Positions 25,765 through 35,923 of a DNA stretch of 64,000 bases are shown here, in pieces. The notes under the pieces are model-generated. The model was not told where the DNA came from. It made no database searches and was given only the letters and a program-made list of their open reading frames with translations. Position numbers and translations under genes: made by a program. Every line of letters begins with the position of its first letter. Position 1 is the stretch's first letter. This DNA is from Candidatus Bathyarchaeia archaeon (lineage in GTDB: Archaea > Thermoproteota > Bathyarchaeia > 40CM-2-53-6): contig JBEKVV010000003.1 in NCBI GenBank assembly GCA_049513715.1, positions 160,001-224,000 of the forward strand. Direction: 5' to 3'.

Positions 25765-27156
25765 TCACATGACCTTCCATTTGGGCTGGATTTCGATTCC
25801 CGCTCTCTTGAGGAGTTTTGATCCTCGTTCTACGGCATTGCTCAAAACACGGTCTTCATCCAATGTCTTGACCACGCGGTTTTGCATCACAACATTGCCA
25901 TCAATAACAACGGTGTCCACATCGGAGCCTTCGGCCGCATAAACCAGATGCGAAACAGGGTCGAAGACAGGTGTCAGATGCGGTTTCCGCATGGCCACCA
26001 GGATCAGGTCCGCTTTCTTGCCCACTTCCAATGAGCCTATCTCGTTATGCATGCCCAACGCTTTCGCTCCGTTGATGGTCGCCATCTCCAACATAGATTC
26101 GGCGTCCGCGGCCAAGGGATCCATCAATCGGACTTTCTGGAGTAGGGACGCGGTTTTCATTTCCCTTATCATGTCGTAGCAGTTATTGCTTGGCCCGCCG
26201 TCGCAACCCAAACCTACATTCACTCCTGCTCGTCTCATCTCGACCACCGGGGCCATTCCGGACGCAATCTTCGTGTTCGAGGATGGGCAGTGTGCAATGC
26301 TTGCGCCTTTCTTGGCGAATATCTTCCATTCTGGCTCCGTCATCCAGACCCCGTGCGCAAAGACTATTGTTGAGTCCAGTAATCCGACCTCATCAACGAA
26401 TTCTCCAGGCAGCTTTCCAAACTCCCGGCGGCAGTATCGCGCATCCTCCTGAACCTCGTTCAGGTGCATTGTGATTCCAGTCCCTAACCTGCGGGCACCT
26501 TCACCAATTTGCTGATACAGTTCTCGGCTGCAGCCACCGAGTGAACGCGCTCCGTACCACACCTTGATTCTTCCGCCAGCGTGGCCGTTCCACTTTTTGA
26601 AATGCCCCTCAACTTGTCGAAGGCAGGTCTCGCCGTCTTCAACCATGCCGGGATGCATTATGCTCGTTTTGCTTCCGTAGCTCGGTAACCCCATCACCGT
26701 TTTGCCGAGTATACCGCGCATTCCAGCTTGCTCCACGGTTTCAGCGATTCCATCAAGGCCGTACCGTTCGTGTAGCAGGCTTTCAAGAAAGGATGTTGTG
26801 CCTGATTTTATCATTTCAAGCATACAAAGCTCCGCACTAGCTCTGCCGTCGTCAGCCTCGAAGTTACCCTGAAGCGGCCACACGAACTTCTGTAGCCAAT
26901 CAATAAGCGACGTATCATCCGCACAACCACGAATCAACGCCTGCGCGAGATGAACATGAGTATCGATTAAACCAGGCAGAATGACCATCCCCCCGGCGTT
27001 CATTTCAAATTCTGCTTTCGCGCCGTTCCTTACTTCTCGTGATTTTCCCACTTTCACGATTCTTGATCCTTCAATCAGGACAGCGCCATCACCTATTACG
27101 CGACGGTTTGCGTCCATGGTGAGTAGTGTTCCGCCGTAAATCAGAATAGAATTCAC
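25765..27156 (-). CDS. Amidohydrolase (MTA/SAH/5'-deoxyadenosine deaminase family)
   Basis: PGLIDTHVH, MHLNE, FAHGV, HCPSSN, GCDG and GSLEVGKKADL. Confidence 0.88.
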   Translation of the reverse strand: MNSILIYGGTLLTMDANRRVIGDGAVLIEGSRIVKVGKSREVRNGAKAEFEMNAGGMVILPGLIDTHVHLAQALIRGCADDTSLIDWLQKFVWPLQGNFEADDGRASAELCMLEMIKSGTTSFLESLLHERYGLDGIAETVEQAGMRGILGKTVMGLPSYGSKTSIMHPGMVEDGETCLRQVEGHFKKWNGHAGGRIKVWYGARSLGGCSRELYQQIGEGARRLGTGITMHLNEVQEDARYCRREFGKLPGEFVDEVGLLDSTIVFAHGVWMTEPEWKIFAKKGASIAHCPSSNTKIASGMAPVVEMRRAGVNVGLGCDGGPSNNCYDMIREMKTASLLQKVRLMDPLAADAESMLEMATINGAKALGMHNEIGSLEVGKKADLILVAMRKPHLTPVFDPVSHLVYAAEGSDVDTVVIDGNVVMQNRVVKTLDEDRVLSNAVERGSKLLKRAGIEIQPKWKVM

Positions 27157-27236
27157 AAGCCACCGACCCTGCTAGCCAAGTACATTGAGGGCTTTATTTG
27201 AACCTCAACACATCAAAGTTTGAAGGATGACTTCCC

Positions 27237-28055
27237 GTGGTAGACTTTCGATCCAAGTCCACAAGACTCCTACTTGCAGCCATTGCACTGATGATTCTGG
27301 CTGGGTCCACCCTCTATTCGGCAGGCCTGTTTTCGGGGTCCGCACACCCTAGACCTTTGCAGGTCGGGGACCGTTGGTTCTACAATGTCGTGTTCCCAGA
27401 TTCGAAGGGGTACAGATTGACTGAGACCGTGCAGGAGGAATTGCAGATCAATGGCACCGAGGTATTAGTTTTCTTTAATGACGATGACCAACATATTTCC
27501 ACGAACTACTTGTGGCTCACAATGGACTGGCATGAGACCAGAACCAGCAGGCCCAGCATCGGTAACTTAAATGCCAGCTCAATAACGATTTTTCAGCCGC
27601 CGATTGAACTCGTCCGCACCCCTCTGCATGTAGGCGACAAGTGGGAAGTCAACAGCACCAGTACCACGATGGCCGTGATCAATGGCGGCACTCAAGTGAG
27701 CGTTTCGCAGATTCGTGAAACGCGACAGACCGTGTCACAAGAACTTACTCGAACGCCGGTCGGGAACATTCAAACCTTCAAAATCACCGTGACCTACTCA
27801 AATTCCCCATACGAGACTTTGTGGTTCAGTAGCAGGCTAGGCCAAATTGTCTACGCCGAGTACTACAATCCACTTGGAGAAGCAGTAACCCAAACGTTGA
27901 CGGGTTACGACCTAAACGAAACTGGAAGCAATTTCAACTCAACTTACAATCCGACTTCAGTTCTAAAGGCATCTACCTCAACTGGGAACGCTCCGGAAGT
28001 TATATCTACAACAAATTCAGCCTTCACTATTGAGTTGAAAATTTCTTATGAGTGA
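27237..28055 (+). CDS. Exported beta-rich hypothetical protein
   Basis: N-terminal signal/TM segment, repeated PLxVGDxW motifs and TPVGNI. Confidence 0.65.
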   Translation: MVDFRSKSTRLLLAAIALMILAGSTLYSAGLFSGSAHPRPLQVGDRWFYNVVFPDSKGYRLTETVQEELQINGTEVLVFFNDDDQHISTNYLWLTMDWHETRTSRPSIGNLNASSITIFQPPIELVRTPLHVGDKWEVNSTSTTMAVINGGTQVSVSQIRETRQTVSQELTRTPVGNIQTFKITVTYSNSPYETLWFSSRLGQIVYAEYYNPLGEAVTQTLTGYDLNETGSNFNSTYNPTSVLKASTSTGNAPEVISTTNSAFTIELKISYE

Positions 28056-29238
28056 AACGCCAAAGAAAACCCCGAAGACAGTCATTGCAGGAGTCGTAAT
28101 AATCGTGCTGATAATTGCAGCCGGCGTTGCTTACTACTTCACCCAGACCTCGCCTAGCGGGCCGACCATGACAACAAACTCACAGTCCATGACATCTGCA
28201 GCACCCCTAAAAATCGCCATGATTCTGCCAGGAAGAATCGATGACCTTGCTTGGAATCAAGCAGGTTATACTTCGTTCGAGGAACTACTAACAGCACAAG
28301 GTCAGGGCATAAACACGTGCGGATGCTGGATACAGAACCATCAGGAGAAAGCGCAAATCGAGGCTGACATCGCAGACCTCGCAAGCAAAGGCTTCAACCT
28401 CATCATCGGCCACGGTTTCGAATTCCAAGTCCCAGCCCAAGAAGTCGCACCCAATTATCCAAACGTCAACTTCCTCGTCATCGGAGGATGGAACAACTCA
28501 CTACCCAACCTCGCAATCGCTGACGTCAGAACCGACCAGACCGGATATGTTCTAGGCTATCTTGCAGGCACGATGACCAAGACCGACAAGATCGGTTACA
28601 TCATGGGCGCAAGAGTAGCTGAACTAGCTCGCTTCGAACCCAACTTCGCCAAAGGCGCGCAAGATGCAAATCCAAAGATAATCTACACCTACGGCGCACT
28701 TCCAGGTGGAGGTAACGGCATACAACCAGGTGGAAGCATTAGCGTCGTTGCAGTCGGCGACTTCCACGATCTACAAGGAGCTAAAGCGGATGCTGAACTC
28801 ATGGCAAGCCAAGGCATCGACGTCATCGCAACAATGGGAGACGGCGTCGTGCTGGGCACTATCGAAGGCGCAATCGACAAGAATGTTTCATTGATCGGCA
28901 ACGGAGTTGACATAGCCAACAACCCACCCATAGGCGCAGAAAAACTCGTTCTCGGCAGCGGGTCCTGGAAATGGAACGCGGTCTTCACACAATGGCTCAG
29001 CGACGTAGCAGGCGGAAAGCGCAACGGCAAGTACTGGGCGGGCTTCGACAATGCCGGCTTAGAGGTAGAACTTAACGCAAACAATGTTCCCGCAGCTGTA
29101 GTGACAAAGATCCAGAGCATTGAAGCACAGGTGAAGAGCGGCCAAATCAAAACCGACCCACTGGGACCACTGGTCATCGGCTGGAGCAGCTTCATCATAG
29201 CCGCAGTCGTGTCCACACGGTTCCCCACATTCTTCTAG
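28048..29238 (+). CDS. BMP family ABC substrate-binding protein (nucleoside/purine)
   Basis: N-terminal TM; PGRIDDLAWNQAG, LIIGHGFEF, GYVLGYLAG and TKTDKIGYI. Confidence 0.9.
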   Translation: MSETPKKTPKTVIAGVVIIVLIIAAGVAYYFTQTSPSGPTMTTNSQSMTSAAPLKIAMILPGRIDDLAWNQAGYTSFEELLTAQGQGINTCGCWIQNHQEKAQIEADIADLASKGFNLIIGHGFEFQVPAQEVAPNYPNVNFLVIGGWNNSLPNLAIADVRTDQTGYVLGYLAGTMTKTDKIGYIMGARVAELARFEPNFAKGAQDANPKIIYTYGALPGGGNGIQPGGSISVVAVGDFHDLQGAKADAELMASQGIDVIATMGDGVVLGTIEGAIDKNVSLIGNGVDIANNPPIGAEKLVLGSGSWKWNAVFTQWLSDVAGGKRNGKYWAGFDNAGLEVELNANNVPAAVVTKIQSIEAQVKSGQIKTDPLGPLVIGWSSFIIAAVVSTRFPTFF

Positions 29239-29239
29239 A

Positions 29240-30859
29240 ATGAGCCCTCGCTTGAGGACTCCTCTCCTTTTTTTGCTGACCTTAACGAGATGTTCGAAGG
29301 TCTCCAAAACGCAAGAAACGAATCCAGTCGTTGAAATGCGCGGAATCGTGAAGAGATTCCCAGGCGTTCTCGCAAATGATCACGTAGATTTCGATTTACT
29401 GGCTGGGGAAATACATGGCCTACTGGGCGAGAACGGGGCCGGCAAGACCACTCTAATGAATATTTTATACGGTTTCTATCATGCCGACGAAGGAACAATA
29501 CGAGTCTTTGGCAAGCTTGTGTCTCTCCGATCACCATCAGACGCGATAAAATCAGGAATAGGGATGGTGCATCAACAGCTAAAGCTTGTAAGTGACATGA
29601 CCGTCGCCGAAAACGTTGTTCTCGGCCTAAAGTCATCGAAACGATTCCTAACAGACCTTAGTGTGGCCGAGAAAAGAATCAAGGAATTGGGAGAACGCAA
29701 CGGTCTATATGTCGACCCGCGAGCTCAGATCTGGCAGCTATCTATAGGGGAAAAACAGCGGGTTGAAATTCTCAAATCCCTATACCGCGAAGCAAGAATT
29801 CTCATTCTTGATGAACCCACTTCAGTTCTTGCACCAAGTGACGTGAAAGGCTTCTTCGAAGCACTCCGCAAGCTGAGACAAAGCGGCATCTCCATCGTAC
29901 TAATCACGCACAAACTGGACGAGGTTATGGAAATCACTCACCAAGTCACTGTTCTACGCAAAGGGAAGAAGATAGCCACACAACCCACCAGCTCAGTTGA
30001 TCAGCGAAAACTCGCGCAGTTGATGATTGGGGAAGAAATACCAGCCGCCGCTGCCAAAACGCAAACCTCTGCCGGCGAAATTCTCATTCAAATTCAACAC
30101 CTACGAGTCTTTGACGACCGCGGCTTAGAAGCAGTCAGAGACCTAAGCCTCGACCTTCGAAAAGGCGAAATCCTCGGCATAGCTGGCGTTTCAGGCAACG
30201 GGCAAAGAGAACTAGTTCAAACAATCATAGGACTTAGAAAGTCCTCGTCCGGTGCCATAAAATTAGACGGAAAAGACATCACCGGCAAATCCCCGCGGAA
30301 CATCATCAGCTCTGGCGTCGCATACGTCCCAGAAAACAGAAACGAAGACGGCTGCATACCTGACTTTGGCATAGACGAGAACCTCATCTTGAAGGACTTC
30401 GACAAGCCGCCCATATGCAACATGATCTCAACCCGTATCCCCACACTCCTTAACGAGAAAGAAATTCGAAACAGAGCAAAGACCGCAATCAAAGACTTCG
30501 GAATCAAAGCGTTGGGGCCAACCTCAAAGGCAAGATCACTTTCAGGCGGGAATTTGCAGCGACTCGTCCTGGCCCGTGAACTGGCTGGCGAGCCGCGGCT
30601 AATTGTGATTTCTCAACCTACGAGAGGCCTTGACGTGGCAGCTACGGAGTATGTGAGGAGTCTTCTGGTTCAGCAACGAAACAGGGGGGCCGCAGTGTTG
30701 CTTGTTGACGAGGACCTAGCTGAATTGGTCTCAATCTGTGACAGGCTCGCCGTAATGTACAAAGGAGAAATTGTTGGCCTGCTCAGGCCGGACCAGTTCA
30801 AACCTGAGGAAATCGGGCTGATGATGACCGGTGTGAAGAAGATGGCTATTGAGGCGTAG
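29240..30859 (+). CDS. Nucleoside ABC transporter ATP-binding protein (duplicated NBD)
   Basis: GENGAGKTT, LSIGEKQ, LDEPT; second domain GVSGNGQ and LSGGNLQ. Start position uncertain. Confidence 0.93.
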   Translation: MSPRLRTPLLFLLTLTRCSKVSKTQETNPVVEMRGIVKRFPGVLANDHVDFDLLAGEIHGLLGENGAGKTTLMNILYGFYHADEGTIRVFGKLVSLRSPSDAIKSGIGMVHQQLKLVSDMTVAENVVLGLKSSKRFLTDLSVAEKRIKELGERNGLYVDPRAQIWQLSIGEKQRVEILKSLYREARILILDEPTSVLAPSDVKGFFEALRKLRQSGISIVLITHKLDEVMEITHQVTVLRKGKKIATQPTSSVDQRKLAQLMIGEEIPAAAAKTQTSAGEILIQIQHLRVFDDRGLEAVRDLSLDLRKGEILGIAGVSGNGQRELVQTIIGLRKSSSGAIKLDGKDITGKSPRNIISSGVAYVPENRNEDGCIPDFGIDENLILKDFDKPPICNMISTRIPTLLNEKEIRNRAKTAIKDFGIKALGPTSKARSLSGGNLQRLVLARELAGEPRLIVISQPTRGLDVAATEYVRSLLVQQRNRGAAVLLVDEDLAELVSICDRLAVMYKGEIVGLLRPDQFKPEEIGLMMTGVKKMAIEA

Positions 30860-30861
30860 GA

Positions 30862-31929
30862 ATGTCTAAACTAAAGATTACGCCGAAGCTCGAGGTTTCT
30901 CGTCGAGCGGTACTAATAGTTACGCTCCTAGCCTACGTTGCGTCCCCGTTGGTTATCCTTGCGGTTCTCGCTGCAGCCGGCAGAAGCCCACTGGTTGCAT
31001 TGGACGCTCTCTATCGTGGAACCATCGGCACCGTACCTGGCTTCGCGGAATCACTTGTTCAAGCGACACCGCTGATGTTGCTCGCAGTGGGGCTGGTGAT
31101 TGCTTTCAGAGCCAAGGTTTGGAACATAGGAGCAGAAGGGCAACAGATCTTCGGAGCAATCGTCGTAACTTGGCTCGTTCTCCCTATCCTCAAGGACCCG
31201 TGGCCGGGCTACCTGGTGATTCCTATCGCCCTACTTCTTTCTTGCGTCGGTGGAGGCCTATTTGCGGCCGTGCCCGCAATCATGAAATCGAAGCTTGGAA
31301 TCAATGAAGTAATCACTACTATCATGATGAATTACGTGGCCATTGATGCGTTGAACTGGGTTGTGCGCGGCCCTTTTCAAGACAAGTCTATTCCCGGCAG
31401 CTATCCGGAATCGCCCGTCTTTCCTGAGCAATACTCCTTACCCATTATTCTGACCCATTCATCCGTAACGATAGGGATAGTCATCTCAATCGTCGTGTGC
31501 GTTCTGATGTTCTATGTCCTGTTCAAAACACCACTGGGGTACAGCATCAGAGCAGTGGGGCTCAACCGCTCAGCGGCCAGAACAAGCGGAATCTCGGTAG
31601 ACCGCGTTGTCAACTCAGCTATGATTCTCAGCGGAGCCCTATGCGGATTGGGTGGAGGAGTCTACATCCTCGGAGTCGCACATGAACTGGTCCCCGGCCA
31701 AGCAACAGGAATCGGTTACACGGCAGTCGTCGTCTCTCTCTTGGGGAACGTGCACCCGTTGGGAGTTATCTTTGCCTCGCTCTTCTTCGGCGCACTGATC
31801 TCAGGCATGTCCTCTGTGGAACGTGCGCTCCAAATACCTGAAACCCTCTCGCTCCTATCGCAAGGAATAATCATAGTCCTAATTCTGATCATTCAAATCT
31901 TCGCGAGGTACGAAATCAAGAGGAAGTAA
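30862..31929 (+). CDS. Nucleoside ABC transporter permease
   Basis: WNIGAEGQ, NEVITTIMMNY and RAVGLN motifs. Confidence 0.92.
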   Translation: MSKLKITPKLEVSRRAVLIVTLLAYVASPLVILAVLAAAGRSPLVALDALYRGTIGTVPGFAESLVQATPLMLLAVGLVIAFRAKVWNIGAEGQQIFGAIVVTWLVLPILKDPWPGYLVIPIALLLSCVGGGLFAAVPAIMKSKLGINEVITTIMMNYVAIDALNWVVRGPFQDKSIPGSYPESPVFPEQYSLPIILTHSSVTIGIVISIVVCVLMFYVLFKTPLGYSIRAVGLNRSAARTSGISVDRVVNSAMILSGALCGLGGGVYILGVAHELVPGQATGIGYTAVVVSLLGNVHPLGVIFASLFFGALISGMSSVERALQIPETLSLLSQGIIIVLILIIQIFARYEIKRK

Positions 31930-31931
31930 GC

Positions 31932-32873
31932 ATGGCAGCAGTCATTGACGCGGCCTCAATTGCCAGTTTCATAGCGGGAGTACTGGAACTCAGTGCACCC
32001 ATGGCTTTCGCAGCTCTCGGCGAGGTAATCTGTGAGAGAGCTGGAATCATCAACCTCGGAACAGAAGGCGTCATGTTAGTAGGCGCAATCTCCGCTTTCT
32101 CCGTCACCTTCTTCCTCCACTCAGGTCCCCTGGGCGTCGTGATCGGGGCCATTGCCGGTGCGTTGCTGGGGTTGTTGATGGCGTTCATCGCCGTGACCCT
32201 GAAGCAAGACCAAATCCTATCCGGGTTAGGAATCTACTTCCTCGGCCTCGGGCTTTCCGGTTTCCTTTACGAAGTATTGTTCGCCAAGATAGGTTCAACA
32301 ATCAGAATTGAAGGACTGCCAAAACTCCCCATACCCTTCCTCTCAGAAATTCCAGTCATTGGTCCCTCACTCTTTTCCCAAGACTTCATGGAATACCTCG
32401 CCTTCGTAACCCTCATAATCGTAGTCTTCGTCGTCGGCCGCACAACATTCGGCCTCAACCTGAGGGCTGTTGGAGAGAATCCGTCGGCGGCGGATACCCT
32501 CGGCGTCAGTGTTCCGAAGATTCGGTACGTCGCCGTCATAATAGGAGCCGCCTTGGCCGGCGTAGGAGGCGCCTACCTAGCGCTATCGTCACACGCTTTT
32601 CAGGCAGAGAACATCACGGCTGGGCGCGGGTTCATTGCGGTCGCAATGGTCTACTTCGGCAAATGGAAACCCACGAGGGCATTTTTCGGAACCTTCCTGT
32701 TCGGAGCCGCGTACCTACTGGGGGCGTTCTTCCAAGTCGTAGGATCATTCGTACCCTACTACTTCCTTCTAATGGTCCCCTACATCCTAACCCTGGTAAT
32801 GCTCGTTGCCATAGCGAGGCGTGCTCGCCAACCCTCAGCCCTCGGAACTCCGTACACAAGAGAAAGCGGTTAA
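31932..32873 (+). CDS. Nucleoside ABC transporter permease
   Basis: ERAGIINLGTEG, RAVGENP and AGRGFIA motifs. Confidence 0.92.
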   Translation: MAAVIDAASIASFIAGVLELSAPMAFAALGEVICERAGIINLGTEGVMLVGAISAFSVTFFLHSGPLGVVIGAIAGALLGLLMAFIAVTLKQDQILSGLGIYFLGLGLSGFLYEVLFAKIGSTIRIEGLPKLPIPFLSEIPVIGPSLFSQDFMEYLAFVTLIIVVFVVGRTTFGLNLRAVGENPSAADTLGVSVPKIRYVAVIIGAALAGVGGAYLALSSHAFQAENITAGRGFIAVAMVYFGKWKPTRAFFGTFLFGAAYLLGAFFQVVGSFVPYYFLLMVPYILTLVMLVAIARRARQPSALGTPYTRESG

Positions 32874-32974
32874 GCTAGCAGAGATACCAAATGTCGTGGT
32901 CTAGCACACTGTGTCATGAGGAAGCGGTCATGCATACGAAGGTGTTAAATTAGTAGCCGCACAGCCTCCACAAC

Positions 32975-34522
32975 ATGACAACTGAGCCTGTAGCGTTTGT
33001 AAGAAAAGCTTCAGGGCTGCGCAGAGACGTCTCCTTATTGGACGCAGTTAGCCTTAACATAAGCAACATGTCGGGCGGAGCCGCCCTCGGAATAGTCGGA
33101 TTCACTACGGTGCTGCTCTCATCGACGTCGGGTGTGAACTTAGTATATGGTTCCATACTGGCTTGGGTGCTATCAATCCCCCAAATCATTGTCTATACGA
33201 TGATGACGACACGGATCAGCCGGACCGGCGGCGACTACGTATGGGTCTCACGAGTCTATGGTGGATTCTTTGGAGGATCTCTCTCATTCATGGGCTACAC
33301 GCTTGAGACGATGGCCTATCTAGCTCTGATCGCCTTGGCAGCGGTTGTCTCGATTGGTTCGGTTGGAGTTTCACTCGGATATGAGAACATGCTTCCCTTG
33401 GCGCTGCCAGGCAATATCCCTGGAGCCAATCTGGTGGGACAATTCGTCATAGGTGCCTTGGTCTTTGCTGTTCTCATAGCCGTTAACATCCTCAAACCAA
33501 AAGCAGGTTACAAGATTGTTGCGGTTGCAGTAATAGTCGCGATAGCAGCAACTTTTGTGGGTATCTTCACGCTCTTGGCTGCTGGGCAGTCTGGCGTGCA
33601 GAATTACATGAGTTTCCTTAACTCGATCGGCGTCAAGGATACGTACAATTCAGTTGCTAGTTCGTACAGCGGGCCTACGTTTGATCTGAAAGCAACCATC
33701 TTCATGCTTCCATTCTTCGCGATCTTCGTCTACCCGTGGCTGAACGCGGGACCTGCCGTAGCTTCCGAGATTAAAGGTAAGAGCGCACTCAGATACAACG
33801 TGCTCATTTCTTCAGTGGTTAGCCTCGTAGTTGTTACGGCGGCGTTTGCAAGCATGTACTATGCTGGCGGGTTCAGTTTCATTAATGGTGCATTAGCCAA
33901 TCCCACGCTAGTATACGAGTACACTTTCAACTTCTGGACCCTCGCAATGGGCGTATCTAGCAATATGGCCGTGTCGTGGTTCATCGGGTTAGGCTGGATT
34001 CTGTGGAACGTAGCTATCTTAGCTTATGGAATCATCGTTCTATCACGATACCTCTTTGCTCAATCCTTCGACCGATTCCTACCCGAGAAGATATCGCATG
34101 TTAGCCCGAAGTACTCTTCGCCTGTTGTCGCATTGCTAATTGAACTCGTAGGCACTGTAGTTTTGATTGGGTTAGCATCGTTCTTCTACGGTACACTGGT
34201 TTCACTCTACGGAGCTGTGGTTGCAGCAATGATCTATTTCTTCTTCGTAGGACTGGCCGCCGTAGCTTATGCTTTCAAGAATGAGAAAGGACAATCCAAA
34301 GCGGTTCTAGCAACCGCCGGTCTCTTGATGGCAATTGTCTTTGCGTACATTGTCTACCAGTTCCTCGCCTCTCCAGAAATATGGGGAGGAAACCCAATTG
34401 CATATGGTTGGGTAGTGGCCAGCTTCATCGCTGGAATCGGAATCTATGCGGTTTCGAAATCATACTACTCCAAGCGTGGTATCGACATCTCGCTCGCATA
34501 CAAGGAATTGCCCCCACTTTAG
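32975..34522 (+). CDS. APC family amino acid permease
   Basis: FVRKASGLRR, RTGGDYVWVSR, about 12 TM segments and a KELPP C-terminus. Confidence 0.9.
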   Translation: MTTEPVAFVRKASGLRRDVSLLDAVSLNISNMSGGAALGIVGFTTVLLSSTSGVNLVYGSILAWVLSIPQIIVYTMMTTRISRTGGDYVWVSRVYGGFFGGSLSFMGYTLETMAYLALIALAAVVSIGSVGVSLGYENMLPLALPGNIPGANLVGQFVIGALVFAVLIAVNILKPKAGYKIVAVAVIVAIAATFVGIFTLLAAGQSGVQNYMSFLNSIGVKDTYNSVASSYSGPTFDLKATIFMLPFFAIFVYPWLNAGPAVASEIKGKSALRYNVLISSVVSLVVVTAAFASMYYAGGFSFINGALANPTLVYEYTFNFWTLAMGVSSNMAVSWFIGLGWILWNVAILAYGIIVLSRYLFAQSFDRFLPEKISHVSPKYSSPVVALLIELVGTVVLIGLASFFYGTLVSLYGAVVAAMIYFFFVGLAAVAYAFKNEKGQSKAVLATAGLLMAIVFAYIVYQFLASPEIWGGNPIAYGWVVASFIAGIGIYAVSKSYYSKRGIDISLAYKELPPL

Positions 34523-34711
34523 GCCGCCTACAGCAGAACGGTAAGCCTGATTGGCTTAGTTCGTAAGCTAGGCGAACTGATCGCGGCTACGCCCAGAAAA
34601 AAACGCGGGAGAAATGCGCCAAAGTCGTCCACGATAGAATATGAGCCATTCCATCCGCATAATCCCTGTCACGGGGAAGGCCAGTGCCGTATTGGACTGG
34701 TCTATTCTGCA

Positions 34712-35680
34712 TTATCCAGACGTGAGCTGCCAGCTAACCACTTTCTTATCGCCGATATTGACAATGGCTCCCCTGAGTACGCCGTCCGGATAATCGCTGC
34801 CCGGATTGATCACAAGCGTTCTTCCAATCCTGGTTGTTCCCCTGGATTCATGGATGTGGCCGCACAAGTGAAGAAGCGGCTGATGCTTTTCGACTGCGCG
34901 TCGAACCGATGTACTGCCAGCTCCAATCATGACCGCCTGCCCCTTATCAAACACAGGCTTCGGAGGATATACGGACTCGTCCAATTTCGGGCAAGTATCC
35001 AAGCCGCTGTTTATCGGGGGCGTGTGAACATTAAACACACAGTTCTCCATATCAGTTACAGAAGAAACCAATTTCTCTGTTACCGCTTCAAGATCTTCTT
35101 CGCTATGATCTCGCGGACACTTCCAAGGAGTGACGTTGCTCCATCCTAGGTTCACCATTTCGTGAAGCTCGTCTATTTTGATCACTTTGTTGTCGGAATT
35201 CTTCACATGCGGAGTGTCCCGGACGGCATCAACAATTTCTTGATAATCGTCATTTCCGCCCGTCAAATAACAAGTCACGCCCAGGTCAGAGAGGAAAGGT
35301 TCAGCACGGTCGACCCATTTTACCAATGTCTCCTTCATAGTGGCCATGAAGAGTTTGTCTACTTTCTCTTTGGATGCTTTGAGTTCGTCCATCTCTGCCT
35401 TGCTACAATGATAGTAGTAATAACCGCTGTCAGATATCTCCCGCTCCAAAGATTTCACCTCTTCGGCCCCACGCACAGTTTTCCCACCAAGATAGTCGGC
35501 CTTGAACGCCCCGTCGCCGAGGTCTACGATTGGAACAAGCATCTTGCCCGTTAGGTCGCCTCCAAGAATCAAGACGTCCACTTTGTAGAACTTGGCGGCG
35601 CTTAACAACTTCTCAAAACAACGTCCCGAACCGTGCAAGTCAGTTGCAAAGAAGATTTTCGTGAACTTCTTATCTGGCAT
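34712..35680 (-). CDS. Icc-related metallophosphoesterase
   Basis: TDLHG, GGDLTG, GNDD and GHIHE motifs. Confidence 0.9.
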   Translation of the reverse strand: MPDKKFTKIFFATDLHGSGRCFEKLLSAAKFYKVDVLILGGDLTGKMLVPIVDLGDGAFKADYLGGKTVRGAEEVKSLEREISDSGYYYYHCSKAEMDELKASKEKVDKLFMATMKETLVKWVDRAEPFLSDLGVTCYLTGGNDDYQEIVDAVRDTPHVKNSDNKVIKIDELHEMVNLGWSNVTPWKCPRDHSEEDLEAVTEKLVSSVTDMENCVFNVHTPPINSGLDTCPKLDESVYPPKPVFDKGQAVMIGAGSTSVRRAVEKHQPLLHLCGHIHESRGTTRIGRTLVINPGSDYPDGVLRGAIVNIGDKKVVSWQLTSG

Positions 35681-35923
35681 GTCTGCGCATCTTCGATAAT
35701 GGAATAATAAACGTGAGAGTACTAGAATTTATCCCCCTCTGCTTCCACCCTGAAAGGTCCAATTCGCCTGACAGATTGAGTGATGCATCGCGCACTAAGA
35801 CGCTTTGATCTTCGAGATTACCGTCGTCGAGTACCAGAGCCTCACATGACAAGAGCTGAAAACAGACCTATCCGGTTAGGTTTCTTCTTAAATCTCATAA
35901 CGCTAGATACATCGGAGTTGACC